Numbered from the stretch's first letter, positions 1 through 9,196 are shown. The stretch: DNA of 32,000 nucleotides from Desulfobulbus propionicus DSM 2032 (GCF_000186885.1 NC_014972.1:2190001-2222000); one strand, 5' to 3'. The notes: generated by a model not told the origin, from the sequence alone. Made by a program: numbers and translations.

Positions 1-350
1 GTTAATTAGTTTTAGCCTGTTATTCAATTTTTCCCACCTGAACGACAGGACGGTTTTTTGGTGTTCAATGTTCATTTTCACTCAGCCACCCTTGTTGGTG
101 AGCGGACGATCGCAAGAAAGAGGTAGTAAAAAAAGAGTTAGCTAAAGGCTTTTCCGCGATTTGCTGGAAAAGACCAGTTTTTCCCTTGCAGTCGATATCG
201 GCTTCGGTTCACGGTTGAAAAAACGAGACCGGAAGTGTGCATCATCTGTAAATATTCCGACGCGGTCGGAGTACCCACTTGAGGAAAATTGGCTCAACGT
301 ATGACAGACAGATTCTCACAAGTTATTGTACAAGGTTTGCGATCCAGTCA

Positions 351-405
351 AAAAATAGACCGGCGAGACAGCAGTTCATAATCTGTTGTTTTCCGGTCTT
401 TTTTT
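351..405 (+). terminator. Rho-independent-like hairpin with T-tract, partly bidirectional (A-tract on the 5' side)
   Basis: GACCGG(358-363)/CCGGTC(393-398) plus inner GACAGCAG(367-374)/CTGTTGTT(383-390), flanked by AAAAA on the 5' side and TTTTTTT on the 3' side. Confidence 0.7.
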
Positions 406-481
406 GTATAGGGGGATCCCGGAGGGCCGCTGGGCGGCAACCGGGCAATAAAAACGCTTCATAGACAGGAAGAGGTACACA

Positions 482-1498
482 TTGGAAACTAACGCGAAAA
501 TGTTCTGGACAGGTTTATCACCCGATGAAGCAAGGGAAGCACTTGTCAACAAAGACAAGTCCAAAAAAGACAAACGAATGACGCTGAAGGAAGCGGTTTC
601 CAAGTTTGTTAAGAATGGCGACAATGTCGGTATCGGCGGATTCGTCAATCTCCGTCAGCCCGTAGCCATCTGTCATGAAATGGTTCGGCAAGGCTTCAAG
701 GACCTGACTCTCTCCTGGCAATCCGCAGGCATGGCAGCTGAAATTCTCGGCGCCGCGATGATCGCCCGGCCGGATCATTTTTCTATCAAGCGGATCGAGC
801 TGGCTTATTGGGGACATGAGTCCTTTGGTCTGTCTCCCTCCTGGCGCTATCTCGCCGAACGCGGCCTGATCGAATTCGAGGACTGGAGCAACTACAACAT
901 GTCTGCCCGGTTCAAAGCCGGTGCCATGGGCCTGCCTTTCCTGCCCACCCGCGGTCCCTTGGGCGGCGACATCAAAAACACCAGCCGCACCAAGATTATC
1001 GACTGCCCGTTCACGGGACGGCCGATTGCCCTTGTCCCGGCCTGCCATCCGAACGTGGCCATCATCCATGTCCAGGCAGCGGACATGTACGGTAACTGCA
1101 TCATTCGCGGCACCGACGCCACCTGCCCGGAAATCGCCATGGCCGCGAAACACTGCATCGTCACCTGCGAGCAGTTGGTTTCCCACGAACTGATCGTCAG
1201 CAATCCGAAGGACATCCTTATTCCCTTCCCGGCTGTCGACGCAGTCATTCATGTACCCTATGGTGCCTATCCGGGTGCCTGCCGCCGCCACTACTATTTC
1301 AACGGCGACCATATCCGTGATTTCCTCGGACGTATCATGCCGATGGTCAAAGGTGCTCCGGCCGATTCACTCAAGGCTTGGTTTGACGAGTATATCTTTG
1401 GGGTCGAAACCTTTGAGCAATATCTGGACAAATTTCCGCTCTCCAAGATCCTGGCGGACAAAGCGGCGGAAGCGGTCCATTGCGAGCGGTTGGCCTAA
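482..1498 (+). CDS. CoA-transferase subunit A (glutaconate CoA-transferase-like)
   Basis: 338-aa ORF; class I CoA-transferase alpha-like motifs (VGIGGFVN..., AHCIVTCEQLV); TTG start preceded by AGGAAGAGG; followed by a beta subunit ORF. Confidence 0.85.
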   Translation: METNAKMFWTGLSPDEAREALVNKDKSKKDKRMTLKEAVSKFVKNGDNVGIGGFVNLRQPVAICHEMVRQGFKDLTLSWQSAGMAAEILGAAMIARPDHFSIKRIELAYWGHESFGLSPSWRYLAERGLIEFEDWSNYNMSARFKAGAMGLPFLPTRGPLGGDIKNTSRTKIIDCPFTGRPIALVPACHPNVAIIHVQAADMYGNCIIRGTDATCPEIAMAAKHCIVTCEQLVSHELIVSNPKDILIPFPAVDAVIHVPYGAYPGACRRHYYFNGDHIRDFLGRIMPMVKGAPADSLKAWFDEYIFGVETFEQYLDKFPLSKILADKAAEAVHCERLA

Positions 1499-1557
1499 TC
1501 TCCAGCAGCCTGAGTCATTGAAACGGAACCTCTCGGAACACTAGACAAGGAGTCATC

Positions 1558-2358
1558 ATGACAGTTTCAACGGATTACACCGCCCAAGAAATCATCGTTG
1601 TGGCGGGGTCAAAGATATTGGAAGACAACAAGATCGTCTTTGTCGGGACGGGCCTTCCCATGGTTGCCTCGCTCTTGGCTATTCTTACCCATGCCCCCGG
1701 ATTGATCGTGGTCTTCGAGGCCGGTGCCATGGGTCCGCCCCTGACACATGGTCTGCCCATTTCGGTCGGCGATTCCAAGACCGGAACCGGCGCATCCTAT
1801 ATGAAGGGCCTGAACGCCGCCTTTGAATTGACCCAGCGCGGATACGCCGATTTCGGCTTCATCGGTGGCGCCGAGGTCGATATGTACGGCAACCTCAACT
1901 CCACCATGATGGGTGATTACCCCGCAAGTTATGCCAAGCCCAAAGTTCGTCTGCCGGGTAGCGGCGGCGCCAGCGACATGGCGGCCTCCTGCGAGCGAAC
2001 CATCCTCATCGTTCCCCACGACAAGAAGAAATTCAACGAGAAGCTCTCCTATGTCACCAGCCCCGGCCATCTTGACGGCACCCCCGGCGCCCGTCAGAAA
2101 GCCGGCATGCAGGGCAAGGGCCCGTATCGAGTGATCACCACTAAGGGTATCTTCGATTTCGACGAGGCAACCAAGAGAATGCGTATTCTCCAGACATTCC
2201 CGGGTGAAACCGTACAGAGCATTCAGGACAACACCGGCTTTGAATTGCTGGTAGCCCCGAATGTCAGCGAGTTCGCGCCCCCCACCGTCGAGGAAGTGCG
2301 TTTGATCCGTGAAGTGGTCGATCCTCAAGGTGCCTTTGTCAAACGAGTAGCAAAATAA
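1558..2358 (+). CDS. CoA-transferase subunit B (glutaconate CoA-transferase-like)
   Basis: 266-aa ORF with FVGTGLPMVASLLA and FEAGAMGPP...SVGDS, typical of the beta subunit; adjacent to subunit A; RBS AAGGAG. Confidence 0.85.
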   Translation: MTVSTDYTAQEIIVVAGSKILEDNKIVFVGTGLPMVASLLAILTHAPGLIVVFEAGAMGPPLTHGLPISVGDSKTGTGASYMKGLNAAFELTQRGYADFGFIGGAEVDMYGNLNSTMMGDYPASYAKPKVRLPGSGGASDMAASCERTILIVPHDKKKFNEKLSYVTSPGHLDGTPGARQKAGMQGKGPYRVITTKGIFDFDEATKRMRILQTFPGETVQSIQDNTGFELLVAPNVSEFAPPTVEEVRLIREVVDPQGAFVKRVAK

Positions 2359-2369
2359 CTCCGATGATG

Positions 2370-2405
2370 CAGACCGTACCGTTTCTTGTTCAACGGTACG
2401 GTCTG
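2370..2405 (+). terminator. Hairpin after CoA-transferase B (possible terminator or processing hairpin)
   Basis: CAGACCGTACCGTT / AACGGTACGGTCTG 14-bp perfect stem, 8-nt loop; no proper T-tract. Confidence 0.5.
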
Positions 2406-2625
2406 TATTTGAAAACAGGGCGTTCGCTTTTTTACAGATAAAAACACCGCACTCAAGAGAAACAAAAAATCGAGCTTATCCAGAAAAAATAGAAAATGTT
2501 ACCCGATGACTCCGTCATTGGGCACAGTTGAGTTGAAAGCCTTTGGCCACCGTTGTCTTGCTTTCAACACCACTTAATTATTTAGCATTCCGGCAAACAA
2601 ACCTTGACGGACAGGAGAACACAGC

Positions 2626-3036
2626 ATGAAAATTCTTAAAATTGACCATCTTGGTATCGCAGTCAACAGCTTGGACGAAGGCAGTAAATTTTGGACCGAT
2701 GTCATGGGACTTAATCTCCATGGCACGGAAACCGTTGAAGAGCAAAAAGTGACAACAGCCTTCTACCCTGTCGGTGAAAGTGAAGTGGAACTCCTCGTAT
2801 CAACCTCACCCGATGGCCCTATCGCTAAATTCATTGAAAAAAATGGCGGTAAGGGTGGATTCCAGCACGTTGCTTTCCAGGTCGAAAATATCGAAGAGGC
2901 CTTGGCCGAGCTACAGGAAAAAGGGGTCGCTCTTATCGACAAAACCCCGCGCATGGGTGCCGGCGGATGTAAGATTGCCTTTTTGCACCCCAAAGCAACG
3001 GGGGGGATTCTCGTTGAGCTTTCCCAGCGGATGTAA
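2626..3036 (+). CDS. Methylmalonyl-CoA epimerase (VOC/glyoxalase family)
   Basis: 136 aa, begins MKILKIDHLGIAVNSLDEG; ends with GGILVELSQ; lies directly upstream of the mutase. Confidence 0.92.
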   Translation: MKILKIDHLGIAVNSLDEGSKFWTDVMGLNLHGTETVEEQKVTTAFYPVGESEVELLVSTSPDGPIAKFIEKNGGKGGFQHVAFQVENIEEALAELQEKGVALIDKTPRMGAGGCKIAFLHPKATGGILVELSQRM

Positions 3037-3192
3037 TCAACCACATTGAGGTTTTCGCGGCAACGAACACCTGAATGTCTGTCTGATCCTGGTTCCAACC
3101 GCAACTTCTCTTCCGGGAAAGTTGCCGTTGGACCAGTTTGTTTTGTTTTCAACCGGGGATAATCCCCAAGTTAACTACAAGGAGTAAGCGAC

Positions 3193-5340
3193 ATGGCAAC
3201 TGGATATGAGCAATGGGTTGAAATGGCCACCAAGCAGATGAAGGGCAAATCCCCTGACACGCTGAATTGGAAGTCCCCTGAAGGCATTACCGTTAAACCG
3301 ATGTATACCGACGAGGATCTCAAAGGTCTTGAGTCTCTCAGCATGTTCCCCGGCATGGCCCCCTATACCCGCGGCCCGATGGCCACCATGTATGCCGGCC
3401 GCCCCTGGACCATTCGCCAGTATGCCGGTTTCTCGACCGCCAAGGCATCCAACGAATTCTATCGCAAGAATCTGGCAGCCGGTCAGAAAGGTCTGTCCGT
3501 TGCCTTCAGCCTTTCCACCCATCGCGGCTATGACTCTGACAATCCTCGCGTTGCCGGCGACATCGGTAAGGCCGGTGTGGCCATCGACTCCATCGAGGAC
3601 ATGAAAATCCTGTTCGACGGCATTCCGCTGGACCAGATGTCCGTCTCCATGACCATGAACGGCGCGGTTATCCCGATTCTGGCCATGTGGATCGGTGCTG
3701 CCGAGGAGCAGGGAGTTACCCAGGATCAGCTCCAGGGTACCATTCAGAACGACATTCTCAAAGAGTACCTGACCCGGAACACCTACATCTATCCGCCGGA
3801 GCCTTCCATGCGGATCATCTCCGACATCATGGCGTTCTGCTCCAAGAACATGCCCAAATACAACACCATCTCCATCAGTGGTTACCACATCATGGAAGCT
3901 GGTGCTGATTCCGTCCTCCAGTGTGCGTTCACCCTGGCAGACGGTATTGAATATGTTCGCGCCGCCATTGCATCGGGCATGGATGTCGACACCTTTGCTC
4001 CGCGTCTGTCCTTCTTCTTTGGCGTTGGCATGAACTTCTTCATGGAAATCGCCATGCTGCGCGCTGCCCGCTTCCTGTGGTACAAGTTGATGCAGCAGTT
4101 CAACCCGAAGAAGCCGCAATCCTCCATGCTGCGGACCCACGTGCAGACCTCGGGTTGGTCGCTCACCGAGCAGGACCCCTACAACAACATTATCCGCACC
4201 ACCATCGAGGCCATGGCCGCTGCTCTGGGTGGCACCCAGTCGCTGCACACCAACTCGTTTGACGAGGCCGTGTGTCTGCCGACCGAGTTCTCCGCCCGCA
4301 TCGCCCGCAACACCCAAATCATCATCCAGGAAGAGTCCCAGATCTGCCGCGTTGCCGATCCGTTGGGCGGTTCCTACTATGTTGAATGGCTCACCAACCA
4401 GATCGTTCAGGGTGCCGAGAAAATCATCAACGAGATCGAGGAAATGGGTGGCATGGCCAAGGCCATTGCTTCCGGTATGCCGAAACTGCGCATCGAAGAG
4501 TCCGCCGCCCGTCGTCAGGCTCGTATCGATCAAGGCAAGGACGTTATCGTTGGTGTCAACAAATACCGTCTCAAAGACGAGAAGCTTGATTTCGAGATCC
4601 TTGAGGTACCGGATACCGTTCGTCTGGAGCAAATCGACCGCATTAACCACATTAAAAAGACCCGTGACAACGCCAAGTGTCAGGCTTGCCTCGAGGCCAT
4701 CACCAAGGCTGCCGCCGGCAAGGACAACCTCCTCGAGGTCGCCATCGCCGCTGCCAAGGCCAGAGCAACCGTTGGAGAAATTTCTGACGCCATGGAAAAA
4801 GTATTCGGCCGTTTCGTAGCCACCACCCAGTGTGTATCCGGCGCCTACTCTTCCGAGTACAGCGAAGCCAGCAGCGACGCCGCCCAGATCATCGAGGCTC
4901 TGCGCAAGCGGACCAACGACTTCATGGCCAAGACCGGTCGCCGGCCTCGTATCCTCGTCACCAAGATGGGCCAGGATGGCCATGACCGCGGTATCAAGGT
5001 CGTTGCCTCCTCCTATGCTGACCTCGGCTTCGACGTCGATATCAGCCCGATGTTCCAGACTCCTGAAGAAGCCGCCAAGATGGCCATCGAGAATGACGTT
5101 CACATCGTCGGCGCCTCCTCATTGGCCGCTGGCCACAAGACCCTGGTGCCCGAGCTCATTCAGAAGCTGGAGGAGAAGGGTGCTGGAGAGATCATGGTGG
5201 TTGCCGGTGGCGTTATCCCGCCGAGCGATTATCAATACCTCTATGACGCTGGCTGCAAGGGCATTTATGGTCCTGGTACCCCGATCACCGAGTCCGCTGG
5301 CAAGGTCATGGACATGCTTGAGGAGAAATATTGTAAATAG
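3193..5340 (+). CDS. Methylmalonyl-CoA mutase, single-chain catalytic plus B12-binding domain
   Basis: 715 aa; [25 protein letters not shown], and C-terminal cobalamin-binding [16 protein letters not shown] (DxHxxG). Confidence 0.95.
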   Translation: MATGYEQWVEMATKQMKGKSPDTLNWKSPEGITVKPMYTDEDLKGLESLSMFPGMAPYTRGPMATMYAGRPWTIRQYAGFSTAKASNEFYRKNLAAGQKGLSVAFSLSTHRGYDSDNPRVAGDIGKAGVAIDSIEDMKILFDGIPLDQMSVSMTMNGAVIPILAMWIGAAEEQGVTQDQLQGTIQNDILKEYLTRNTYIYPPEPSMRIISDIMAFCSKNMPKYNTISISGYHIMEAGADSVLQCAFTLADGIEYVRAAIASGMDVDTFAPRLSFFFGVGMNFFMEIAMLRAARFLWYKLMQQFNPKKPQSSMLRTHVQTSGWSLTEQDPYNNIIRTTIEAMAAALGGTQSLHTNSFDEAVCLPTEFSARIARNTQIIIQEESQICRVADPLGGSYYVEWLTNQIVQGAEKIINEIEEMGGMAKAIASGMPKLRIEESAARRQARIDQGKDVIVGVNKYRLKDEKLDFEILEVPDTVRLEQIDRINHIKKTRDNAKCQACLEAITKAAAGKDNLLEVAIAAAKARATVGEISDAMEKVFGRFVATTQCVSGAYSSEYSEASSDAAQIIEALRKRTNDFMAKTGRRPRILVTKMGQDGHDRGIKVVASSYADLGFDVDISPMFQTPEEAAKMAIENDVHIVGASSLAAGHKTLVPELIQKLEEKGAGEIMVVAGGVIPPSDYQYLYDAGCKGIYGPGTPITESAGKVMDMLEEKYCK

Positions 5341-5363
5341 CAGTTCCGCATATTGGGAAAACA

Positions 5364-5395
5364 GCAAACGGACGGACCACAATCCGTCCGTTTGC
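5364..5395 (+). other. Intercistronic 13-bp perfect hairpin between the mutase gene and meaB
   Basis: GCAAACGGACGGA-ccacaa-TCCGTCCGTTTGC; no T-tract. Confidence 0.7.
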
Positions 5396-5431
5396 ATGTT
5401 CGCACAACGAAACCTCCATTAAAGGTCAGAT

Positions 5432-6421
5432 ATGCATAAAGATCCCAGTTACTATATCCAGGGCGTATTGGATAATAACCGCCTGATGCTTGCCCGCACC
5501 ATCACCTTGGTCGAAAGCATCCTGCCCTCGCATCAGGAGATTGCCAAACATGTGATCAATGAACTGCTGCCCTATACCGGCAAAGCGGTGCGGCTGGGTA
5601 TTACCGGCGTTCCCGGAGCTGGCAAGAGCACATTCATTGAGAGCTTTGGCACCATGCTCACTGGAATGGGACACCGGGTAGCCGTTCTGGCCATTGATCC
5701 CAGCAGTACCCGCAGCGGCGGTTCCATCCTTGGCGACAAGACCCGAATGGAAAAACTGGCGGTCAACGACATGGCCTTCATCCGCCCCTCGCCATCAGGC
5801 GGCAGCCTGGGCGGCGTGGCCAGAAAAACGCGGGAAACCATGTTGATCTGCGAGGCAGCCGGCTTTGATGTGATCATCGTCGAAACCGTGGGGGTGGGCC
5901 AATCAGAGACCACCGTTGCCTCGATGGTCGATTTTTTCCTGGTGTTGCAGATCGCCGGTGCAGGCGACGAACTCCAGGGAATCAAAAAAGGCGTGCTTGA
6001 AGTCGCTGATGCCATCGTGGTCAACAAGGCGGATGGTGACAATGTCAGCCGGGCCAAGCTGGCCAAGCGCCAATATGAAACAGCCCTTCACTTGGTCACC
6101 CCCTCTTCACCAAACTGGACACCTCCGGTCATGACCTGCAGCGCCCTTGAGGAAGTTGGCTTGGCGGAGGTATGGGAGACGATCAACAACCACAAGCAGA
6201 TCATGACCGCTTCCGGCGAATTGGACAAGAAACGCCAGGATCAGGCCATGTCGTGGATGTGGTTCTTGGTCAATGAAGGATTGGAACGTTGGTTCTACCA
6301 GCACCCAGAGATTCAGAAACTGTTACCCGGAGTCAGAAAAAGCGTCGAGGACGGCCGCATGGCACCCACCCGGGCCGCCGATGAACTGGTTGCCATTCTC
6401 GGCAAGGACCTGTTGCTGTAG
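5432..6421 (+). CDS. meaB: Methylmalonyl-CoA mutase-associated GTPase MeaB (ArgK family)
   Basis: 329 aa; Walker A GVPGAGKST, ALDPSS, IIVETVGVGQSE, VVNKADGD. Confidence 0.93.
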   Translation: MHKDPSYYIQGVLDNNRLMLARTITLVESILPSHQEIAKHVINELLPYTGKAVRLGITGVPGAGKSTFIESFGTMLTGMGHRVAVLAIDPSSTRSGGSILGDKTRMEKLAVNDMAFIRPSPSGGSLGGVARKTRETMLICEAAGFDVIIVETVGVGQSETTVASMVDFFLVLQIAGAGDELQGIKKGVLEVADAIVVNKADGDNVSRAKLAKRQYETALHLVTPSSPNWTPPVMTCSALEEVGLAEVWETINNHKQIMTASGELDKKRQDQAMSWMWFLVNEGLERWFYQHPEIQKLLPGVRKSVEDGRMAPTRAADELVAILGKDLLL

Positions 6422-6476
6422 ACCACAAGGTTTGCCCTCCTTTTCTTCAACAACCTCTCTAGTTCGTTAATTTCTG

Positions 6477-6513
6477 TCATCGTCTTTCTCCGATCGCCGG
6501 AGGGAGACGATGA
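6477..6513 (+). terminator. Strong 16-bp hairpin after meaB (terminator-like, no T-tract)
   Basis: TCATCGTCTTTCTCCG-atcgc-CGGAGGGAGACGATGA, 16 pairs including 2 G:U. Confidence 0.5.
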
Positions 6514-6559
6514 TCCGCCCTTCTTCACAGACAACCAGAGGTTGTTGTCTTAAATTTTC

Positions 6560-6588
6560 TTGACGCCCCCTTGAATGAAGAGTATAAA
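6560..6588 (+). promoter_or_regulatory. Candidate sigma70-type promoter for the SRP RNA transcript
   Basis: TTGACG(6560-6565), 17-nt spacer, TATAAA(6583-6588). Confidence 0.7.
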
Positions 6589-6697
6589 CGGCAAACTGAA
6601 AAGAGAGAGGCGTTCATAAACAATTGCCACTGACGCCGGCACCTTCCAACATGGAACGGTAACCACCTCTTTTCCCAGCCACATGATCGTCAGTGTG

Positions 6698-6796
6698 ATA
6701 GCCGGGTCCTGTGCAATAAAGAATCACAAACCCCGTCAGGTCCGGAAGGAAGCAGCGGTAGTGACCCTCTTTATGTGCATGGGGGTGCCTGGCTAT
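6698..6796 (+). ncRNA. ffs: Signal recognition particle RNA, small bacterial (4.5S) type
   Basis: Conserved helix 8 sequence GTCAGGTCCGGAAGGAAGCAGCGGTA with GGAA tetraloop; ends pair as ATAGCC...GGCTAT; followed by a T6 tract at 6799-6804. Confidence 0.92.
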
Positions 6797-6886
6797 CCTT
6801 TTTTCAGGGGTGAATTCGCTGCTCCCCGCGCCCGGAACAGTTGATGCATCTTCCGTTGTCCTGATCATTGACCGCCGGTATCGATT

Positions 6887-8833
6887 TTGTCCTACCTTGT
6901 TCTTGCCAGAAAATCCCGCCCCCAGACCTTTGCCGAAGTCGTCGGCCAGAAAGCAGTGGTCCGAACGTTACAAAATGCCCTGGCCCAGCAGCGTGTCGCC
7001 CAGGCGCTGATTTTCAGCGGCGTACGTGGCACGGGCAAAACCACCTTGGCCCGGATCATGGCCAAAGCCCTGAACTGCGAGCAGGGGCCGGCCACTGAGC
7101 CCTGCAACCTCTGCCGCTCATGCAGGGACATCGCCGACGGGGCCAGCATCGATCTCCAGGAAGTGGATGGCGCCTCTAACCGCGGCATTCAGGAGATTCG
7201 CGAACTGAAGGAAAAAATCCGTTTCATGCCCACCAGTTCGCGCTACAAGATCATTATCATTGACGAAGTGCACATGTTGACCACCGAGGCCTTCAACGCC
7301 CTGCTGAAGACCCTGGAGGAACCGCCCGACCATGTGTATTTCATGTTCGCCACCACCGAACTGCACAAGGTCCCGGTAACCATTCTTTCCCGCTGCCAAC
7401 GCTACGAGCTCAAGCGTCTGGGGCATCGAGAACTGGCTGCCCACTTCACCCGCCTGGCCGAACAGGAGGGCGTGCGGATGGAACCCGCGGCGGTCGACAT
7501 GATCGTGCGCGAGGCTGGGGGCAGTGTGCGCGACGGCCTCAGTCTCCTGGATCAGATTTTTTCCTATTGTGGCCAGGAAGTGCGGGCCGAAGAGGTGGTC
7601 GAGGTCTTGGGTCTGGTCAGTCACCAGCTGATCGCCGATCTCGGATCCGCCCTGCTCAACGGCGATCTCGGTGCGGTTTACGTCCTGCTTGATCAGATGT
7701 ATCTCCATGGAACCGACATCAAGCGCTTCAGCAACGATTTGTTACAGTGGTTTCGTGACCTGGTGGTGTGCAAGGTCAGCAAACATTCCGGTCAATTCCT
7801 CGAGGTGACCGAGGATGAGCAAGCAGCCCTGGAGCAAACCGCGGCTTCCTATTCCTTGGAAACCATTTCGGCGCTGTTCAATCTGCTCCTCGAAGGACTG
7901 GAAAAGGTTTCTGTGTCACAGCAACCGCGCCTGACCCTGGAGTTGACTTTTATCCGTGCGGTGCAATTCCGCGATGTGGTGCCGGTGGCCGAATTGATCA
8001 GTCGATTTGATCGGTTACTGGAGGGCGCCTCCCCCGATCTTCCAGCCGTGTCGCCAACACCTCTCCGGCAAGCCACCGCAGCTTCGCCATCTCCCAAGCC
8101 GCCACCACGCTCTTCTTCCCCGCCCACAGCGCAAGCCGCCGTCCCGGCACGGTCAACCGCCGCATCGGTGTCATCGTCACCGCAACCACCGACCGGGATG
8201 ACGACCCGCGAGCCTCTCAGTCCACCGGAGCCGGACAAGACCTCCCCGCTGCCTGCCGCCGTCGCGACCAATCCTCCCCCAGCAACGCCTTCGGACGCTG
8301 CAAACGGACAGTCTTCGCCATCGGGCGCCACCGAGCCGCGCACCCAGGTGGAGGAAGCGCAACCACCATCTCCCGCCCCCCCCAAAAAAAAGGTCCGCCA
8401 ACATTGGGAGGGCTTTGTCCAGTATGTGCGTGAACGCCAACGCTGGATCGCGGCGGCCCTGCAGATGGCCGCCTCGGTGGAATGCAACGGCAAGGAACTG
8501 ATCATCCATTTTGACGACAGCGCCGAGTGCACCATGCTCAAGCAGCGCAACAACGTCAAGGCGCTGACCGAATTTCTCCTCGATTTTTTTCAAGAAGAAC
8601 TCTCTGTCCAGTTTGCCGTGCCCGGTTCCAATGCCTGCGCGGTCGATCCGGCCAACGGTCTTGCGCCCCAACATGAACGCCGCGCCTTGGCCAACGATCC
8701 ACTGGTGCTCACCGCGCTCGATGTCTTCACCGGTCAGGTCGGTGATATTCGCATCGGTTCCGGATACCGCGCACATACCACGCCCACGGCACCCAGGACC
8801 GGCGAGGAAGCATACCCATCGGTCGAGGAGTAG
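6887..8833 (+). CDS. dnaX: DNA polymerase III subunit gamma/tau
   Basis: 648 aa; MSYLVLARKSRPQTFAEVVGQ, GVRGTGKTTLARIMAKALNC, four-Cys zinc site, IIIIDEVHMLTTEAFNALLKTLEEPP; TTG start with an in-frame TGA at 6869-6871 just upstream. Confidence 0.95.
   Translation: MSYLVLARKSRPQTFAEVVGQKAVVRTLQNALAQQRVAQALIFSGVRGTGKTTLARIMAKALNCEQGPATEPCNLCRSCRDIADGASIDLQEVDGASNRGIQEIRELKEKIRFMPTSSRYKIIIIDEVHMLTTEAFNALLKTLEEPPDHVYFMFATTELHKVPVTILSRCQRYELKRLGHRELAAHFTRLAEQEGVRMEPAAVDMIVREAGGSVRDGLSLLDQIFSYCGQEVRAEEVVEVLGLVSHQLIADLGSALLNGDLGAVYVLLDQMYLHGTDIKRFSNDLLQWFRDLVVCKVSKHSGQFLEVTEDEQAALEQTAASYSLETISALFNLLLEGLEKVSVSQQPRLTLELTFIRAVQFRDVVPVAELISRFDRLLEGASPDLPAVSPTPLRQATAASPSPKPPPRSSSPPTAQAAVPARSTAASVSSSPQPPTGMTTREPLSPPEPDKTSPLPAAVATNPPPATPSDAANGQSSPSGATEPRTQVEEAQPPSPAPPKKKVRQHWEGFVQYVRERQRWIAAALQMAASVECNGKELIIHFDDSAECTMLKQRNNVKALTEFLLDFFQEELSVQFAVPGSNACAVDPANGLAPQHERRALANDPLVLTALDVFTGQVGDIRIGSGYRAHTTPTAPRTGEEAYPSVEE
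8386..8392 (+). promoter_or_regulatory. Candidate programmed -1 frameshift or transcriptional slippage site in dnaX (A AAA AAG, within A8)
   Basis: A8 at 8384-8391 followed by G; codon phase is AAA AAA AAG; the -1 frame stops at TGA 8431-8433. Confidence 0.5.
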
Positions 8834-8887
8834 CGGCCGCTCTCCGGATACCCCATTCCCCAAAACAGGTTTTTGTTGAGGTTTTCT

Positions 8888-9196
8888 ATGAACATGAGTG
8901 AGCTGATGAAACAGGCGCAGCAGTTCCAGGAAAGACTGGCAACCGTGCAAAACGAGTTGGGCGGCAAACAGGTGACCGGTTCCGCCGGTGCCGGCATGGT
9001 CACGGCCACGGTCAACGGTAAGGGAGAACTGCTTGAGATCGTCATTGAACAAGCATTGGTTCAGCCGGACAACACCCAGATGCTGCAGGACTTGATTGTC
9101 GCCGCAGTCAACGACGGCCTGAACAAAGCCAAGGAGCTGGGCAAGGCGGAGATGGGCCGCTTGACCGGTGGTCTTAACATACCAGGTCTGTTCTGA
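8888..9196 (+). CDS. YbaB/EbfC-family nucleoid-associated protein
   Basis: MNMSELMKQAQQFQERLATVQNEL...VTATVNGKGELLEIVI; located between dnaX and recR. Confidence 0.92.
   Translation: MNMSELMKQAQQFQERLATVQNELGGKQVTGSAGAGMVTATVNGKGELLEIVIEQALVQPDNTQMLQDLIVAAVNDGLNKAKELGKAEMGRLTGGLNIPGLF

Noticed and set aside
279-464. 61-aa plus-strand ORF at the window start
   Set aside because: Reads straight through the terminator hairpin at 351-405 and lacks protein-like features.
3175-5103. 642-aa minus-strand open frame
   Set aside because: Lies wholly antisense to the methylmalonyl-CoA mutase gene, whose protein is unambiguous; a by-product of GC-rich codon usage.
6614-6868. 84-aa minus-strand ORF in the meaB-dnaX gap
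   Set aside because: Overlaps the SRP RNA gene in antisense; the region is explained by the RNA.
8378-8391. C8-A8 run in dnaX as a possible sequencing error
   Set aside because: The frame stays open across it and encodes a plausible dnaX C-terminal domain afterwards, so the annotated run length is consistent with an intact gene.
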